From positions 32,001 through 96,000 of the IMG/VR virus record IMGVR_UViG_3300032319_000846: a DNA stretch of 64,000 nt, one strand, 5' to 3'. The notes beneath the pieces are model-generated. The model saw only the letters and a list, made by a program, of their open reading frames with translations. It was not told the DNA's origin and did no database searches. Positions 1 to 8,671 of this stretch are shown here, piece after piece. The stretch's first letter is position 1; every line of letters starts with the position of its first letter. A program made the position numbers and the translations under genes. The stretch comes from a virus. Its lineage: Duplodnaviria; Caudoviricetes.

Positions 1-8
1 CTTTAAAA

Positions 9-752
9 GTGCTAAGTAGACACCCTTCTCATGAGGTGTTTCGGAAAAATTCAAATCTCTTGTTTAGTAAAAATGTATTGCTACGTTTAGGTAGTATCAC
101 TGTAGTAGATGAAACTAAATATCAAGTAAAGATTAATTCTATTCCTTCTATTCAACGGAGTAGTAATAAATTTTTAATGAAACAATGTTTTGATATTGCT
201 AAAGTTCCAACTACTAAATGGACTGCTAACATTGAAGAAGCTAAAACATTTGAATTCCCTATTATTGCAAAACATATAAAAGGGTCACGTGGAACTGGAA
301 ATTACAAACTTGATAGTGTAGAAGATTTGATTAAATGGAGTACTCGTAGAAATCTTGATAATTACATCTACGAAGTATTTTTTAACTCAAGTAAAGAATA
401 TCGTATTCATGTTTCTACACATGGAGTGTTTTTAGCTTGGAGAAAATTACGTAGAAACGATACTCCTGATAATCAAAAATGGTTTTTCAATAATATCAAC
501 TGTAATTGGATTAGTGAGCAGAATGAATTGTTTGACACACCTAAAAATTGGGATGCTATTTGTACTGCTTCTGTAGCTGCTTTAAATGCTGTAGGACTTA
601 CTATTGGTGCTGTTGATGTACGAGTTCAATCTAATAAAAAGAAAGCTCCTGAGTTTTGTATTATTGAGATAAATTCAGCACCCTCAGCTTCAAGTGTAAT
701 GGCTGAGAGATATGTAGCAGAAATTAACAAAATTGTTGAAAAATCAGTTTAA
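9..752 (+). CDS. ATP-grasp (RimK-like) amide/peptide ligase; probably 5'-truncated by the window edge
   Basis: Motifs PIIAK-x-GSRGTG, EYRIHV, GAVDVRV, IIEINSAPS; frame is open back to base 3. Confidence 0.85.
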   Translation: MLSRHPSHEVFRKNSNLLFSKNVLLRLGSITVVDETKYQVKINSIPSIQRSSNKFLMKQCFDIAKVPTTKWTANIEEAKTFEFPIIAKHIKGSRGTGNYKLDSVEDLIKWSTRRNLDNYIYEVFFNSSKEYRIHVSTHGVFLAWRKLRRNDTPDNQKWFFNNINCNWISEQNELFDTPKNWDAICTASVAALNAVGLTIGAVDVRVQSNKKKAPEFCIIEINSAPSASSVMAERYVAEINKIVEKSV

Positions 753-767
753 AATCTAACTTTTTTA

Positions 768-824
768 AAAACTACTTTTACAGCTTTGTGTGTATTAAAT
801 TATACATAGTTGTGAAAGTAGTTT
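768..824 (+). other. Long intergenic stem-loop containing G-U pairs
   Basis: aaactacttttacagct pairs with agttgtgaaagtagttt (17 bp, 2 G-U), plus inner gtgtat/atacat stem. Confidence 0.65.
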
Positions 825-872
825 AAAATTTAATTTAATCAATCATTTATAAAACTACTTAATTAATATAAC

Positions 873-2096
873 ATGTGCGGAATTTCGGGGTTTTTGCCCA
901 AAAAAGGAAAAAAAGCTGATTTAGATAGAATGTTTATGTTAGCAATTACAAATGAAGAAAGAGGTACTGATAGTTGTGGTGTAGCTATTGGTAATGATTA
1001 TTGTCAACATGGAGTGGCAAAACTATCAAAAGCACGGGATTTTATTCTTGAAAATAAAGAAGATATAAAAAAAGTGGATTTAATAAATAAACCTATTATT
1101 TTTCATACACGAAAATCTACTGTGGGTGCTTTTAGCAAACAAAATTCACACCCTATGCGATATTCTTGGAAGCATGAAGGAGAAGAAGAAGAATATCTTA
1201 CTTTAGCTCACAATGGAAGTGTAACAGAAACATGGGATATGTTTAATAAATTTGTAAAACCTTATAGCACAAAAGCTAAATGGGTTGATTACATTGATAC
1301 ACGGGTTTTTGCTCATGGATTTGCAAATGCTTTTTGTGCAAAAGATTATTCTCGTATTTTAGAAATGTTGAAAACATACAAAGGAGCAGCAGCTTTTTTA
1401 TTCTATACAAATACACATTTTTATGTATGGAAAGGTGCAGCAGGAAATGTAGAAGAGCGTCCTATGTATTATGTGGAAACAGAAGATGGATGGTATTTTC
1501 ATTCCATTAGCAGCGTGTTGGAAATTTCTTTTAATATAAAACCTACATGTGTAGGTAATAATACACTTTTAACTTTTGCACAAGTTGGAATTGTTGATAC
1601 GCTTGTTATTCCAAGAACTAAAACTGTTGTTACTACTTACAATAATACGGAAGAATATTATAAAGATGAAAAATATTATAAACCAACTGTTTCTAATAAA
1701 CATTCCACCGCTATTATTACCTCTTTAAAAATTAATCTTTTAGGATATTTTGTACACAATAACAAAATAGTAGAAAATTTTCTACCTTCTTATGGTACTT
1801 TTTGCAAAGGTTTTGCTGTATATTATGATAATGCAGATATGCAAAAAGTAATTGCTAAAGTAATAGCTTGTACAAGTAAGGAAGATTTTGATAAATTTCT
1901 TTTAGAAAATAAATTAAAAGGATTTGTAGGAAGAATTCCTATTGTAAACGCCAAAAATCAACTTGTAGCGTTATATGATGTTAATAAAAATGATTATATA
2001 AAAGAAGGAGAAATTTTTAAGGATACACGTACTTTTAAAGAATATATTTACAAAAATCAAAAAGTAGAAGAATATGTCACAAGTAGTAACCGTTAG
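873..2096 (+). CDS. Class II (Ntn) glutamine amidotransferase domain protein
   Basis: N-terminal MCGI nucleophile; ERGTDSCG, HTRKST, NSHP, AHNG and DT motifs. Confidence 0.9.
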   Translation: MCGISGFLPKKGKKADLDRMFMLAITNEERGTDSCGVAIGNDYCQHGVAKLSKARDFILENKEDIKKVDLINKPIIFHTRKSTVGAFSKQNSHPMRYSWKHEGEEEEYLTLAHNGSVTETWDMFNKFVKPYSTKAKWVDYIDTRVFAHGFANAFCAKDYSRILEMLKTYKGAAAFLFYTNTHFYVWKGAAGNVEERPMYYVETEDGWYFHSISSVLEISFNIKPTCVGNNTLLTFAQVGIVDTLVIPRTKTVVTTYNNTEEYYKDEKYYKPTVSNKHSTAIITSLKINLLGYFVHNNKIVENFLPSYGTFCKGFAVYYDNADMQKVIAKVIACTSKEDFDKFLLENKLKGFVGRIPIVNAKNQLVALYDVNKNDYIKEGEIFKDTRTFKEYIYKNQKVEEYVTSSNR

Positions 2097-3447
2097 AAAT
2101 GATGAACAAGCAAGAGAAGCTTGTAGAAAAATAGGACAGAACTACTATCTTATAAACAGAGATGTGTTTGAAATAGGTCAAAAATGGTATAGAGAACCTC
2201 TTACATTTTTAGATAATTATGATGGAGTTAGAAAACTTAAATCAGAACATTCATACAGCACTGTTTATGAAAACCACGATTCTAATAATGTAGTAACTAC
2301 TACACAGGCGATTATTTATTACTATGCGGGAGGCACAAAAGAAATTTGTGTATCAGCACTTAGTACAGGTAAATTAATTCCTTCTTGGTTTTTAGAAGGA
2401 GTTTATATTGATAAGAATTATAAAAAAATTTACCCTGTAAGAAGAACACATAAGCATTACAGTATGAATGAAAGTCCTGATACTGCTAAACTAATTCTTA
2501 GTAATAAAGAAATACATGCGGATTTTGATTGTATTAAAAAAGAATTAGCAGGATTAACATTTGGATTTGAGATTGAAACTTCTGAAGGAGAAATTTTGAA
2601 TAAAATTGTAAATGACTACAAATTTGTAAAACTTTATGATGGAAGTATTACAGGACATGAGTTTGTTTCTGTTCCTTTAGAAGTAGAAAATTTTGATTAT
2701 TTAAGACAATTTTGTAGTTTATTAAAGAAAGCATGTAATAAAAATATGTTTTGCTCTACACACGTTCATGTAGGAGGAATTCCATATAGTGAAGATAATT
2801 TTACAGCTATTTTTTCTTTATTTAAAAGATTGGAACATGAAATTCACTCTATTGTTCCTCCTTATAAAAAATCTTTGAATTATTTTGCTTCTAAAAGAAC
2901 AAGTGGATTAGGGGAAATGAAAGACCATTGTAAGTATTTACCTGACCATGTAAATCTTGCAGAAGGTGCTAAAAACCCTACTTTATTTACTAAACAAGTT
3001 GCTGTATATTTTGCTAATGGTAATAAAGTGAAGACAGAACATTTGGGTAGCGATTACTACAATACTATTCTTGATACAAGAAAATGGAATCTTAATCGTT
3101 ATTTTTTTGTCAATTTTGTAAATTATCTTTTTAAACAAAATGGAACTATTGAATTTAGACTATTAGAATCTACCTTTTGTTTTGAGCATATTCTTTATTG
3201 GACACTTCTTAATGTTGCTATTATTAAATATGCAATTAAAGAAAAGAAGAAAGTGTTTAAAAGAAAAGATAAAATTACTTTAGAAGATTGCGTTTATGGA
3301 ACATATTCTGAAGATGTAGCTGTAAAAATATTTGAATGGATTCAAATGCGTAGAAATAAATATTCTAATTATTTAAATTCAATGGATGATTTTGGTGGAG
3401 CACATCATTTTGATAACTTAACAGATGTATCAGCAGTAACATGGTAG
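2074..3447 (+). CDS. Putative amidoligase (glutamine-synthetase-like COOH-NH2 ligase)
   Basis: GFEIET, DGSI-x-GHEFVS, CSTHVHVG and TIEFR motifs. Confidence 0.85.
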   Translation: MSQVVTVRNDEQAREACRKIGQNYYLINRDVFEIGQKWYREPLTFLDNYDGVRKLKSEHSYSTVYENHDSNNVVTTTQAIIYYYAGGTKEICVSALSTGKLIPSWFLEGVYIDKNYKKIYPVRRTHKHYSMNESPDTAKLILSNKEIHADFDCIKKELAGLTFGFEIETSEGEILNKIVNDYKFVKLYDGSITGHEFVSVPLEVENFDYLRQFCSLLKKACNKNMFCSTHVHVGGIPYSEDNFTAIFSLFKRLEHEIHSIVPPYKKSLNYFASKRTSGLGEMKDHCKYLPDHVNLAEGAKNPTLFTKQVAVYFANGNKVKTEHLGSDYYNTILDTRKWNLNRYFFVNFVNYLFKQNGTIEFRLLESTFCFEHILYWTLLNVAIIKYAIKEKKKVFKRKDKITLEDCVYGTYSEDVAVKIFEWIQMRRNKYSNYLNSMDDFGGAHHFDNLTDVSAVTW

Positions 3448-3650
3448 AATTTAGATTGTCAGAAGAACAAGAAAAGAAAGCTGAAGCATGGAAAAGGGAG
3501 AAAATAAGTTCTCCTTTTTTTAATAAAGAGGTAACAGAAATTAATAGATTTTTTACTTATGAATTTATCAATACAGGAATTTGTACATTTGTAACAATAC
3601 GAGGAATAGATGGTGATTCATTAGATTTAACTGAATATAATAAAATATGA
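3441..3650 (+). CDS. Hypothetical phage protein
   Basis: Coupled ORF; FTYEF-x-TGI and LDLTEY resemble a common small phage family. Confidence 0.7.
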   Translation: MVEFRLSEEQEKKAEAWKREKISSPFFNKEVTEINRFFTYEFINTGICTFVTIRGIDGDSLDLTEYNKI

Positions 3651-3883
3651 AAGTAAAAACAATACTTGCTCAGGAATACTCTAAATCTATTAGTAAAAAT
3701 GAGACTTATATAAAATTCCTATCACAAGCTTATATTGCAGGATTTGAACAAGCTGTAGAATACATAGCTAATTTTCCTGTATTTGATGGTGTATATACAA
3801 TAGCACAAGGCGCAGCAGAGGGAACAGAATTACTTGAAATGTTAAAAGAAGAAATATTAGATGCAAAAGAACATGAAATATAA
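3647..3883 (+). CDS. Hypothetical protein
   Basis: ATGA overlap; AYIAGF motif common in small Bacteroidota phage proteins. Confidence 0.7.
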   Translation: MKVKTILAQEYSKSISKNETYIKFLSQAYIAGFEQAVEYIANFPVFDGVYTIAQGAAEGTELLEMLKEEILDAKEHEI

Positions 3884-4073
3884 AGAAAAATTGTTTAACG
3901 AATTTGTAAAAAAAATTTCTACTAACCCAGAATACTTCAAAAAATCAGAAGTAGATTTGTTAGAAGAAGCTTTTAATTGTGCATGGAAAAAAGCTTTAGA
4001 ATTTGCTGTTGAAGAATCTGGACAATTCAGTAGTGTAGATGAATTTTATGGACATATTATAAAATTAATATGA
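3861..4073 (+). CDS. Hypothetical protein (start may be 3873)
   Basis: ORF in tightly packed operon. Confidence 0.65.
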   Translation: MQKNMKYKEKLFNEFVKKISTNPEYFKKSEVDLLEEAFNCAWKKALEFAVEESGQFSSVDEFYGHIIKLI

Positions 4074-4291
4074 AAACATACGAAATTCCTATTATTTGGG
4101 AATCTTATAAGAGATATGTTGTAGAAGCAGAAAACTTACAAGAAGCTGTTACAGAAGCTTTAAAAATATTTTTAGCTGAATCTGATGATAATTATATTCA
4201 GGATAGTTTTGATATAGATGGTATTTTACAAAATGAAACATATGAAGAATATGATGTACACCAAGCAATAATTGCAATTAATAAACAATGA
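4070..4291 (+). CDS. Hypothetical acidic protein
   Basis: Overlapping ORF; VEAENLQEA motif. Confidence 0.7.
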   Translation: MKTYEIPIIWESYKRYVVEAENLQEAVTEALKIFLAESDDNYIQDSFDIDGILQNETYEEYDVHQAIIAINKQ

Positions 4292-4593
4292 AACATTTTT
4301 TAGTAAAAGAGGATTCAAACTATGCTGATGAGTTTGATTTACAAGGATTTAAACTATTTGAAGCTGAATCTGAAGAAGATTTAAAATCGACAATATTATT
4401 ACGAGTATTAGATGGAGGTGAATTTCCATTAGATAAATATTTCGGAACTAATGAAGTTATTGAGATTGAGGATGAAGAAGCCTTATGGAACATGTTAGAT
4501 ATTACTGAAATATCTAAAACGGATTATGACATATTATTAAAATTATTTCGATTTATAAATAAATCCCCATTTGGATTAACAGGAATACTATGA
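4288..4593 (+). CDS. Hypothetical acidic protein
   Basis: ATGA overlap; NYADEFD and YFGTNE motifs. Confidence 0.7.
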   Translation: MKHFLVKEDSNYADEFDLQGFKLFEAESEEDLKSTILLRVLDGGEFPLDKYFGTNEVIEIEDEEALWNMLDITEISKTDYDILLKLFRFINKSPFGLTGIL

Positions 4594-4850
4594 CATTACA
4601 GGAAAGAGCACAGCTACAACTCGCACAAAAAGCAATTGAAGAAAATCTTTTTAAACAAAAAAAAGAATTTCTGAACAGTGGACAATATTTAGAAGCTTCT
4701 TTTTTAGAGCAAGCTGAATTATTGGATGAATTTATGGAAAGTCATGCTATGGATTATGAAGAATTACGGCAGTTAAACACACAGCTTAGTGATTTTCTTG
4801 TTGAGAGTTATAATACAGAAGATGAAGACTGCCTCAACTGTGGTTCATAA
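4590..4850 (+). CDS. Hypothetical protein ending in a CxxC motif
   Basis: C-terminus EDEDCLNCGS. Confidence 0.7.
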   Translation: MTLQERAQLQLAQKAIEENLFKQKKEFLNSGQYLEASFLEQAELLDEFMESHAMDYEELRQLNTQLSDFLVESYNTEDEDCLNCGS

Positions 4851-5023
4851 TGACTTTGTACACAATACAAGGAAATTTGTTTATTATAGGGAATGATTAT
4901 AGAAAGAATACTTATAACTATAAAGTTTCTAATAGAGAAGGAATTACATATTCTATTGAATTTACTAAACTTTTATTTTCTATGGATAGTGTTGAACATT
5001 CTTTTAAACTAATTAAGCTATAA
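4850..5023 (+). CDS. Small hypothetical protein (57 aa, not in ORF track)
   Basis: TAATG coupling; MTLYTIQG...FKLIKL*. Confidence 0.55.
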   Translation: MTLYTIQGNLFIIGNDYRKNTYNYKVSNREGITYSIEFTKLLFSMDSVEHSFKLIKL

Positions 5024-5048
5024 AATTATAAAATTTGTAATTTCTTGC

Positions 5049-5082
5049 TATATTTGTGTAAAATTAAATTTATACAAATATG
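5049..5082 (+). promoter_or_regulatory. Bacteroidota -7 element (TATATTTG) inside a hairpin that covers the HNH start codon
   Basis: TAnnTTTG at 5049-5056; tatttgtgtaaa/tttatacaaata inverted repeat at 5051-5080. Confidence 0.55.
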
Positions 5083-5460
5083 GCAAAATCCAGAGTAGAA
5101 AAAACAAGAAATGGAAATACTTGGACAGAAGCAAGATATTTTCAGCAAATTAGGAGTGCATTAAGAAATGCATTTCGTTATTATAAACCTTTTCAAGAAG
5201 CATTAGAAAAATCTAGTAGACCTTCTCAATCTTTAAATAAACGTTTAAAAAAAGAATATCAATGTGCTCATTGTTTGAAATGGTTTAAGCGTTCTGATAT
5301 AGAAATTGACCATATTCAAGAATGTGGTAGTTTAAATTCTTATGAAGACATTGTTCCTTTCATTAAAAGATTAGCTGTTGAAGATTCTTCATTATTGCAA
5401 ATTCTTTGTAAGGAAGACCATAAAATTAAAACTAAATCTTATTTACAAAGAAAAAAATGA
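5080..5460 (+). CDS. HNH-family endonuclease with Zn-binding residues
   Basis: CAHC...IEIDHI...LQILCKEDHKIKT. Confidence 0.8.
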   Translation: MAKSRVEKTRNGNTWTEARYFQQIRSALRNAFRYYKPFQEALEKSSRPSQSLNKRLKKEYQCAHCLKWFKRSDIEIDHIQECGSLNSYEDIVPFIKRLAVEDSSLLQILCKEDHKIKTKSYLQRKK

Positions 5461-5585
5461 AAAATAGTATTAGAAATATGGTAGATGGGAGAACTAAAAC
5501 TGCTGGAAGTTTTGTTTGGAAAATCTTTAAAAATACATCTTGCTACTCCTCTCTTCACTCTAAAAATAAAAAAGATGAATCTTGA
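5457..5585 (+). pseudogene. NUMOD1/IENR1-like DNA-binding remnant (42 aa)
   Basis: SIRNMVDGRTKTAGSFVWK matches the homing-endonuclease NUMOD1 tail pattern (GxxKTAGGxxWK). Confidence 0.5.
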
Positions 5586-5633
5586 AAAACTCCCTAAACT
5601 AAGCTTTAGAAAATACAAAAAAAGAGAAGAAAT

Positions 5634-5906
5634 ATGAACGTTTCAGATTTTAACAAAAAATACAGTAATTATTTAGAATTTGGTCATTATGGGGTATTTA
5701 TTGACAATGAGAGATTCTTGAAGTATTTAAATGAAATGTTTATGAACATTATATTACATCATCCTAAATTTAAATTTACACAGGTAAAAGCTAAATTTGG
5801 ACAAGTTAGATTTTATTCTAATTTAGAAATGGAAACAGGATTACAATTAGAATCTGAGTTAAACACTTATTACAAAACCCTAATAAATCAAAAAGATGGA
5901 CAATAA
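5634..5906 (+). CDS. Conserved hypothetical phage protein (QxKxKFGxxRFY family)
   Basis: TQVKAKFGQVRFY. Confidence 0.75.
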   Translation: MNVSDFNKKYSNYLEFGHYGVFIDNERFLKYLNEMFMNIILHHPKFKFTQVKAKFGQVRFYSNLEMETGLQLESELNTYYKTLINQKDGQ

Positions 5907-6225
5907 TATTAAATGGCTTGAACCAGAAGAAATATTTGAACAATTGAATTATTTAGGAACATTATCTGATACGTCTGTAGATTCAGAAAACCCTCATGCA
6001 ATTGCGTTTTTTATAGAAAAACTAAGTGCAAATTTCGCAAATGCTTCTTATGTGTATGGTTCTGCAAGATATAGATATGATGAAAGAAAATCTCCATCTT
6101 CTATAGCTTTAAAAACATGGGCTGAAGAATTAGTAGATAAGCTAAACAAAAGATTGTCAGCATTGCAATCTGTGATGCATGTGGCAAGAGATGAAAAAAA
6201 CAATTCTAAATTTCAACCTTTTTAA
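5896..6225 (+). CDS. Hypothetical helical protein
   Basis: ORF with a coiled C-terminus. Confidence 0.7.
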   Translation: MDNNIKWLEPEEIFEQLNYLGTLSDTSVDSENPHAIAFFIEKLSANFANASYVYGSARYRYDERKSPSSIALKTWAEELVDKLNKRLSALQSVMHVARDEKNNSKFQPF

Positions 6226-6232
6226 TTTTATA

Positions 6233-6568
6233 ATGAAAACTTTCTTTAAAAACTTATTAAATATGACAAAATGGAGATTCTTAACTTCTCAAAAGTTAGT
6301 AGAAATGCCTGATAAATTTACAAAAATGCATAACGAGTTCTTAGAAAAGGAATCAAATAAAGTGATAGATAATATTCCTATTACAATTAATATTCCTAAA
6401 ACTAAGAAAATAAAAAAAAGAGAAAGAAAACGGATGTTTACTCCTACAAAAGAATTAGTTAAAACTTATAATAACACACCTAAGCCAATAAAAACAGTAA
6501 ATACATATATAGATTTAGTAGTAGAACAATTGGAAGTACTTCCAAAGGTGTCAATGCAAACACAATAA
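6233..6568 (+). CDS. Hypothetical basic protein
   Basis: ATG at 6233 follows the previous stop; preferred to the track start at 6179. Confidence 0.6.
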   Translation: MKTFFKNLLNMTKWRFLTSQKLVEMPDKFTKMHNEFLEKESNKVIDNIPITINIPKTKKIKKRERKRMFTPTKELVKTYNNTPKPIKTVNTYIDLVVEQLEVLPKVSMQTQ

Positions 6569-6588
6569 ACAACTTAAAATTTTATCTA

Positions 6589-6813
6589 ATGATTGTAGAA
6601 AAAAAGTGGTGGGAATTGGAATTTGCTTATACAATAGAGAAAGATGCAACAATCATCTGGTATAACGATTTATTTTTAGATAGGAATAAAATCCCAAATA
6701 GGGAGAACATTGTAGATTATCTACAAGAAAAATATCCTAATATTAAAGTTGTGGATATTGGTAAAATGTTTGAAGTGATAGAAGTTATAACACATACACA
6801 AATTGAATACTAA
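6589..6813 (+). CDS. Hypothetical protein
   Basis: ORF in operon. Confidence 0.65.
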   Translation: MIVEKKWWELEFAYTIEKDATIIWYNDLFLDRNKIPNRENIVDYLQEKYPNIKVVDIGKMFEVIEVITHTQIEY

Positions 6814-7049
6814 TGGAAGATTCAAAACAGTTAATTGAATTATTACTTTTAAAAGGTTTTAAACAAAATGCAGATTTAACAAGTTATGCTCATTTTAGTA
6901 AAAATAATATATCAATCACTTTAGATATAAAACACATTACGTTGCTTGTAAACTCAACTCTTATTGATACCCCCACATTTAAAAGAATCCAAGATGATGT
7001 AGTGAAAGGATTTACAGATTGTAAAACCTATATAAATTTACTTATATGA
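6813..7049 (+). CDS. Hypothetical protein
   Basis: TAATG coupling. Confidence 0.65.
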   Translation: MEDSKQLIELLLLKGFKQNADLTSYAHFSKNNISITLDIKHITLLVNSTLIDTPTFKRIQDDVVKGFTDCKTYINLLI

Positions 7050-7306
7050 ATGCACTTGAAACAATTTTAAACAATAATAATTTTGATGAAATAAGCAGTT
7101 CTTTAATAAAAGGTAGAAAATGGAAAAAAGATGATTTTACTTTTGGACATAACGATATATATTCTTATGAGAGTTATATTCTTTCTTTTAAATCAAAAAA
7201 ATTTGGATTTGTTCATGAAAATTTTATTGTATGGGAGAAATATGAAAGATGTATAGAACAACTACAAGAAGCAATTGATTGGATGGAAAAATGTAAAAAC
7301 TTATAA
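7046..7306 (+). CDS. Hypothetical protein
   Basis: ATGA coupling. Confidence 0.65.
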   Translation: MNALETILNNNNFDEISSSLIKGRKWKKDDFTFGHNDIYSYESYILSFKSKKFGFVHENFIVWEKYERCIEQLQEAIDWMEKCKNL

Positions 7307-7381
7307 ATACGTATAAAATATTAATTATATAATTTGTGCCAAAAATAATGCAAATTATTATACATTACGCAATTACTATAT

Positions 7382-7825
7382 ATGAAAATCAATTACTTAC
7401 TGCTTCCTAATGGTGAGAAACTTATTCCTTATTACCATTATGATTTTAAAGCAGTCGAAATTAATGATGTGTATTATTTTATAGATGGCTTTCAAGATTA
7501 TACAAGAACGTCTCATCCTAATTTGGTAAAACAAGCATCTGTTAATGCTTTATTACCTGTAATTAGAGAAGAGTTTCAATGGACATCTATCTATAATAAA
7601 GATTTAACCAGAAGAGAAAAACCTGTTACAAGAATTCTAAAGGATTTAGAGGATGAACATTTAGATTCTATAATCACTTATCTTCAAAAACGTATTATTG
7701 ATGTGAAAGATGAAGAAGGAATGAACGGTGCTATACAACAAATGAAATTTACTATAAAGGTAATGAAAGCAGAAATTAGTTATCGAAAAAAGAATGCAAA
7801 AAAAGAAGAAACAAGAGAAGCTTGA
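7382..7825 (+). CDS. Conserved hypothetical phage protein (HxDF...DG-x-DY-x-R type, lacking the usual Cys residues)
   Basis: YHYDFK...FIDGFQDYTR; LKDLEDEHL. Confidence 0.7.
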   Translation: MKINYLLLPNGEKLIPYYHYDFKAVEINDVYYFIDGFQDYTRTSHPNLVKQASVNALLPVIREEFQWTSIYNKDLTRREKPVTRILKDLEDEHLDSIITYLQKRIIDVKDEEGMNGAIQQMKFTIKVMKAEISYRKKNAKKEETREA

Positions 7826-7991
7826 TGATAGAAGTTCTTATGATATTCCTCCTTTAAGTAAAAATGAACAATTTGTTGCTTTTATTACTTGGGGAGGAAT
7901 TCCTATTAATTTATCTGGTGTAAGAGAAACAATAATGTTTAAGGAAAATTATGCAAAATATTCAACAGGAATTTGGGATAGTCTCATTTGA
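7794..7991 (+). CDS. Hypothetical protein
   Basis: Overlapping ORF. Confidence 0.55.
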   Translation: MQKKKKQEKLDDRSSYDIPPLSKNEQFVAFITWGGIPINLSGVRETIMFKENYAKYSTGIWDSLI

Positions 7992-8385
7992 TACAGCTTT
8001 ACTTGCTAAAGAAAAAGGATATAAAAAAAGAAATGGTTGGATGGGGTGGGTTGATAAATTTTATCATCCAAAAACAAAAACTATTTTAGCTTATGGAAGA
8101 ATTGGTAAATGTAAGCAAAGTGATTTAATCTATGCTCCTCAGCAACACATTTTACAGAAATGGTTACGAGAAAAACATAAAATAAATATAGTTGTAGATG
8201 TAGTAGATAGTTTAAAAGGTTTTTATTATGATTATTATATTGTACTTCATAATGTTAGAGAGCGGGATAATACTCAAGCAAAAATAGAATACGATGGATG
8301 GGCAGTAAAAAAGGATACTTACGAAGAAGCTCTTGAAACTGGTATAATAGACGCATTGACAAAAATCAATAATGAGAACAACTAA
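7951..8385 (+). CDS. Conserved Bacteroidota phage protein
   Basis: VSFDTAxLAKEKG, APxQxxLQKWLRE and TYEEALExG motifs. Confidence 0.75.
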   Translation: MQNIQQEFGIVSFDTALLAKEKGYKKRNGWMGWVDKFYHPKTKTILAYGRIGKCKQSDLIYAPQQHILQKWLREKHKINIVVDVVDSLKGFYYDYYIVLHNVRERDNTQAKIEYDGWAVKKDTYEEALETGIIDALTKINNENN

Positions 8386-8671
8386 AGAACTTCTAATTCT
8401 TTTAATAGAATATTATAAAGATGCTCCATATACAGGAATTTGCAATGCTGTAAATAGTATGGAAGATTCAGGAACTATTAGCTTTCAAGAATTTCAAGAA
8501 TTAAATGCTTATTTAAAAGATAATAAACCCTCTTCATCTTTACATGTGGAGTTTTACGATACATCTGAAAAACCTTTTGGATATTGGTGGCCTATTAAGA
8601 GTACATTAGAACAAGATGTTGTACAGATTAGAATGAATTATTTAGATTATTTAATAAATGAAACTTATTGA
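8372..8671 (+). CDS. Hypothetical protein
   Basis: GIC...YWWP...R pattern; overlapping ORF. Confidence 0.7.
   Translation: MRTTKELLILLIEYYKDAPYTGICNAVNSMEDSGTISFQEFQELNAYLKDNKPSSSLHVEFYDTSEKPFGYWWPIKSTLEQDVVQIRMNYLDYLINETY

Noticed and set aside
9-3447. DNA hypermodification role for the ligase cluster
   Set aside because: No hydroxymethylase, nucleotide kinase or aGPT-type partner is visible nearby, and restriction-site avoidance points to unshielded DNA. The role is disfavoured, not excluded.
5896-6225. UvsY-like recombination mediator
   Set aside because: The resemblance is only a generic C-terminal helix pattern, which is too weak to call.
7326-7362. Promoter or hairpin before 7382
   Set aside because: ATAATTTG does not fit TAnnTTTG, and the 9-bp AT-only stem is expected by chance.
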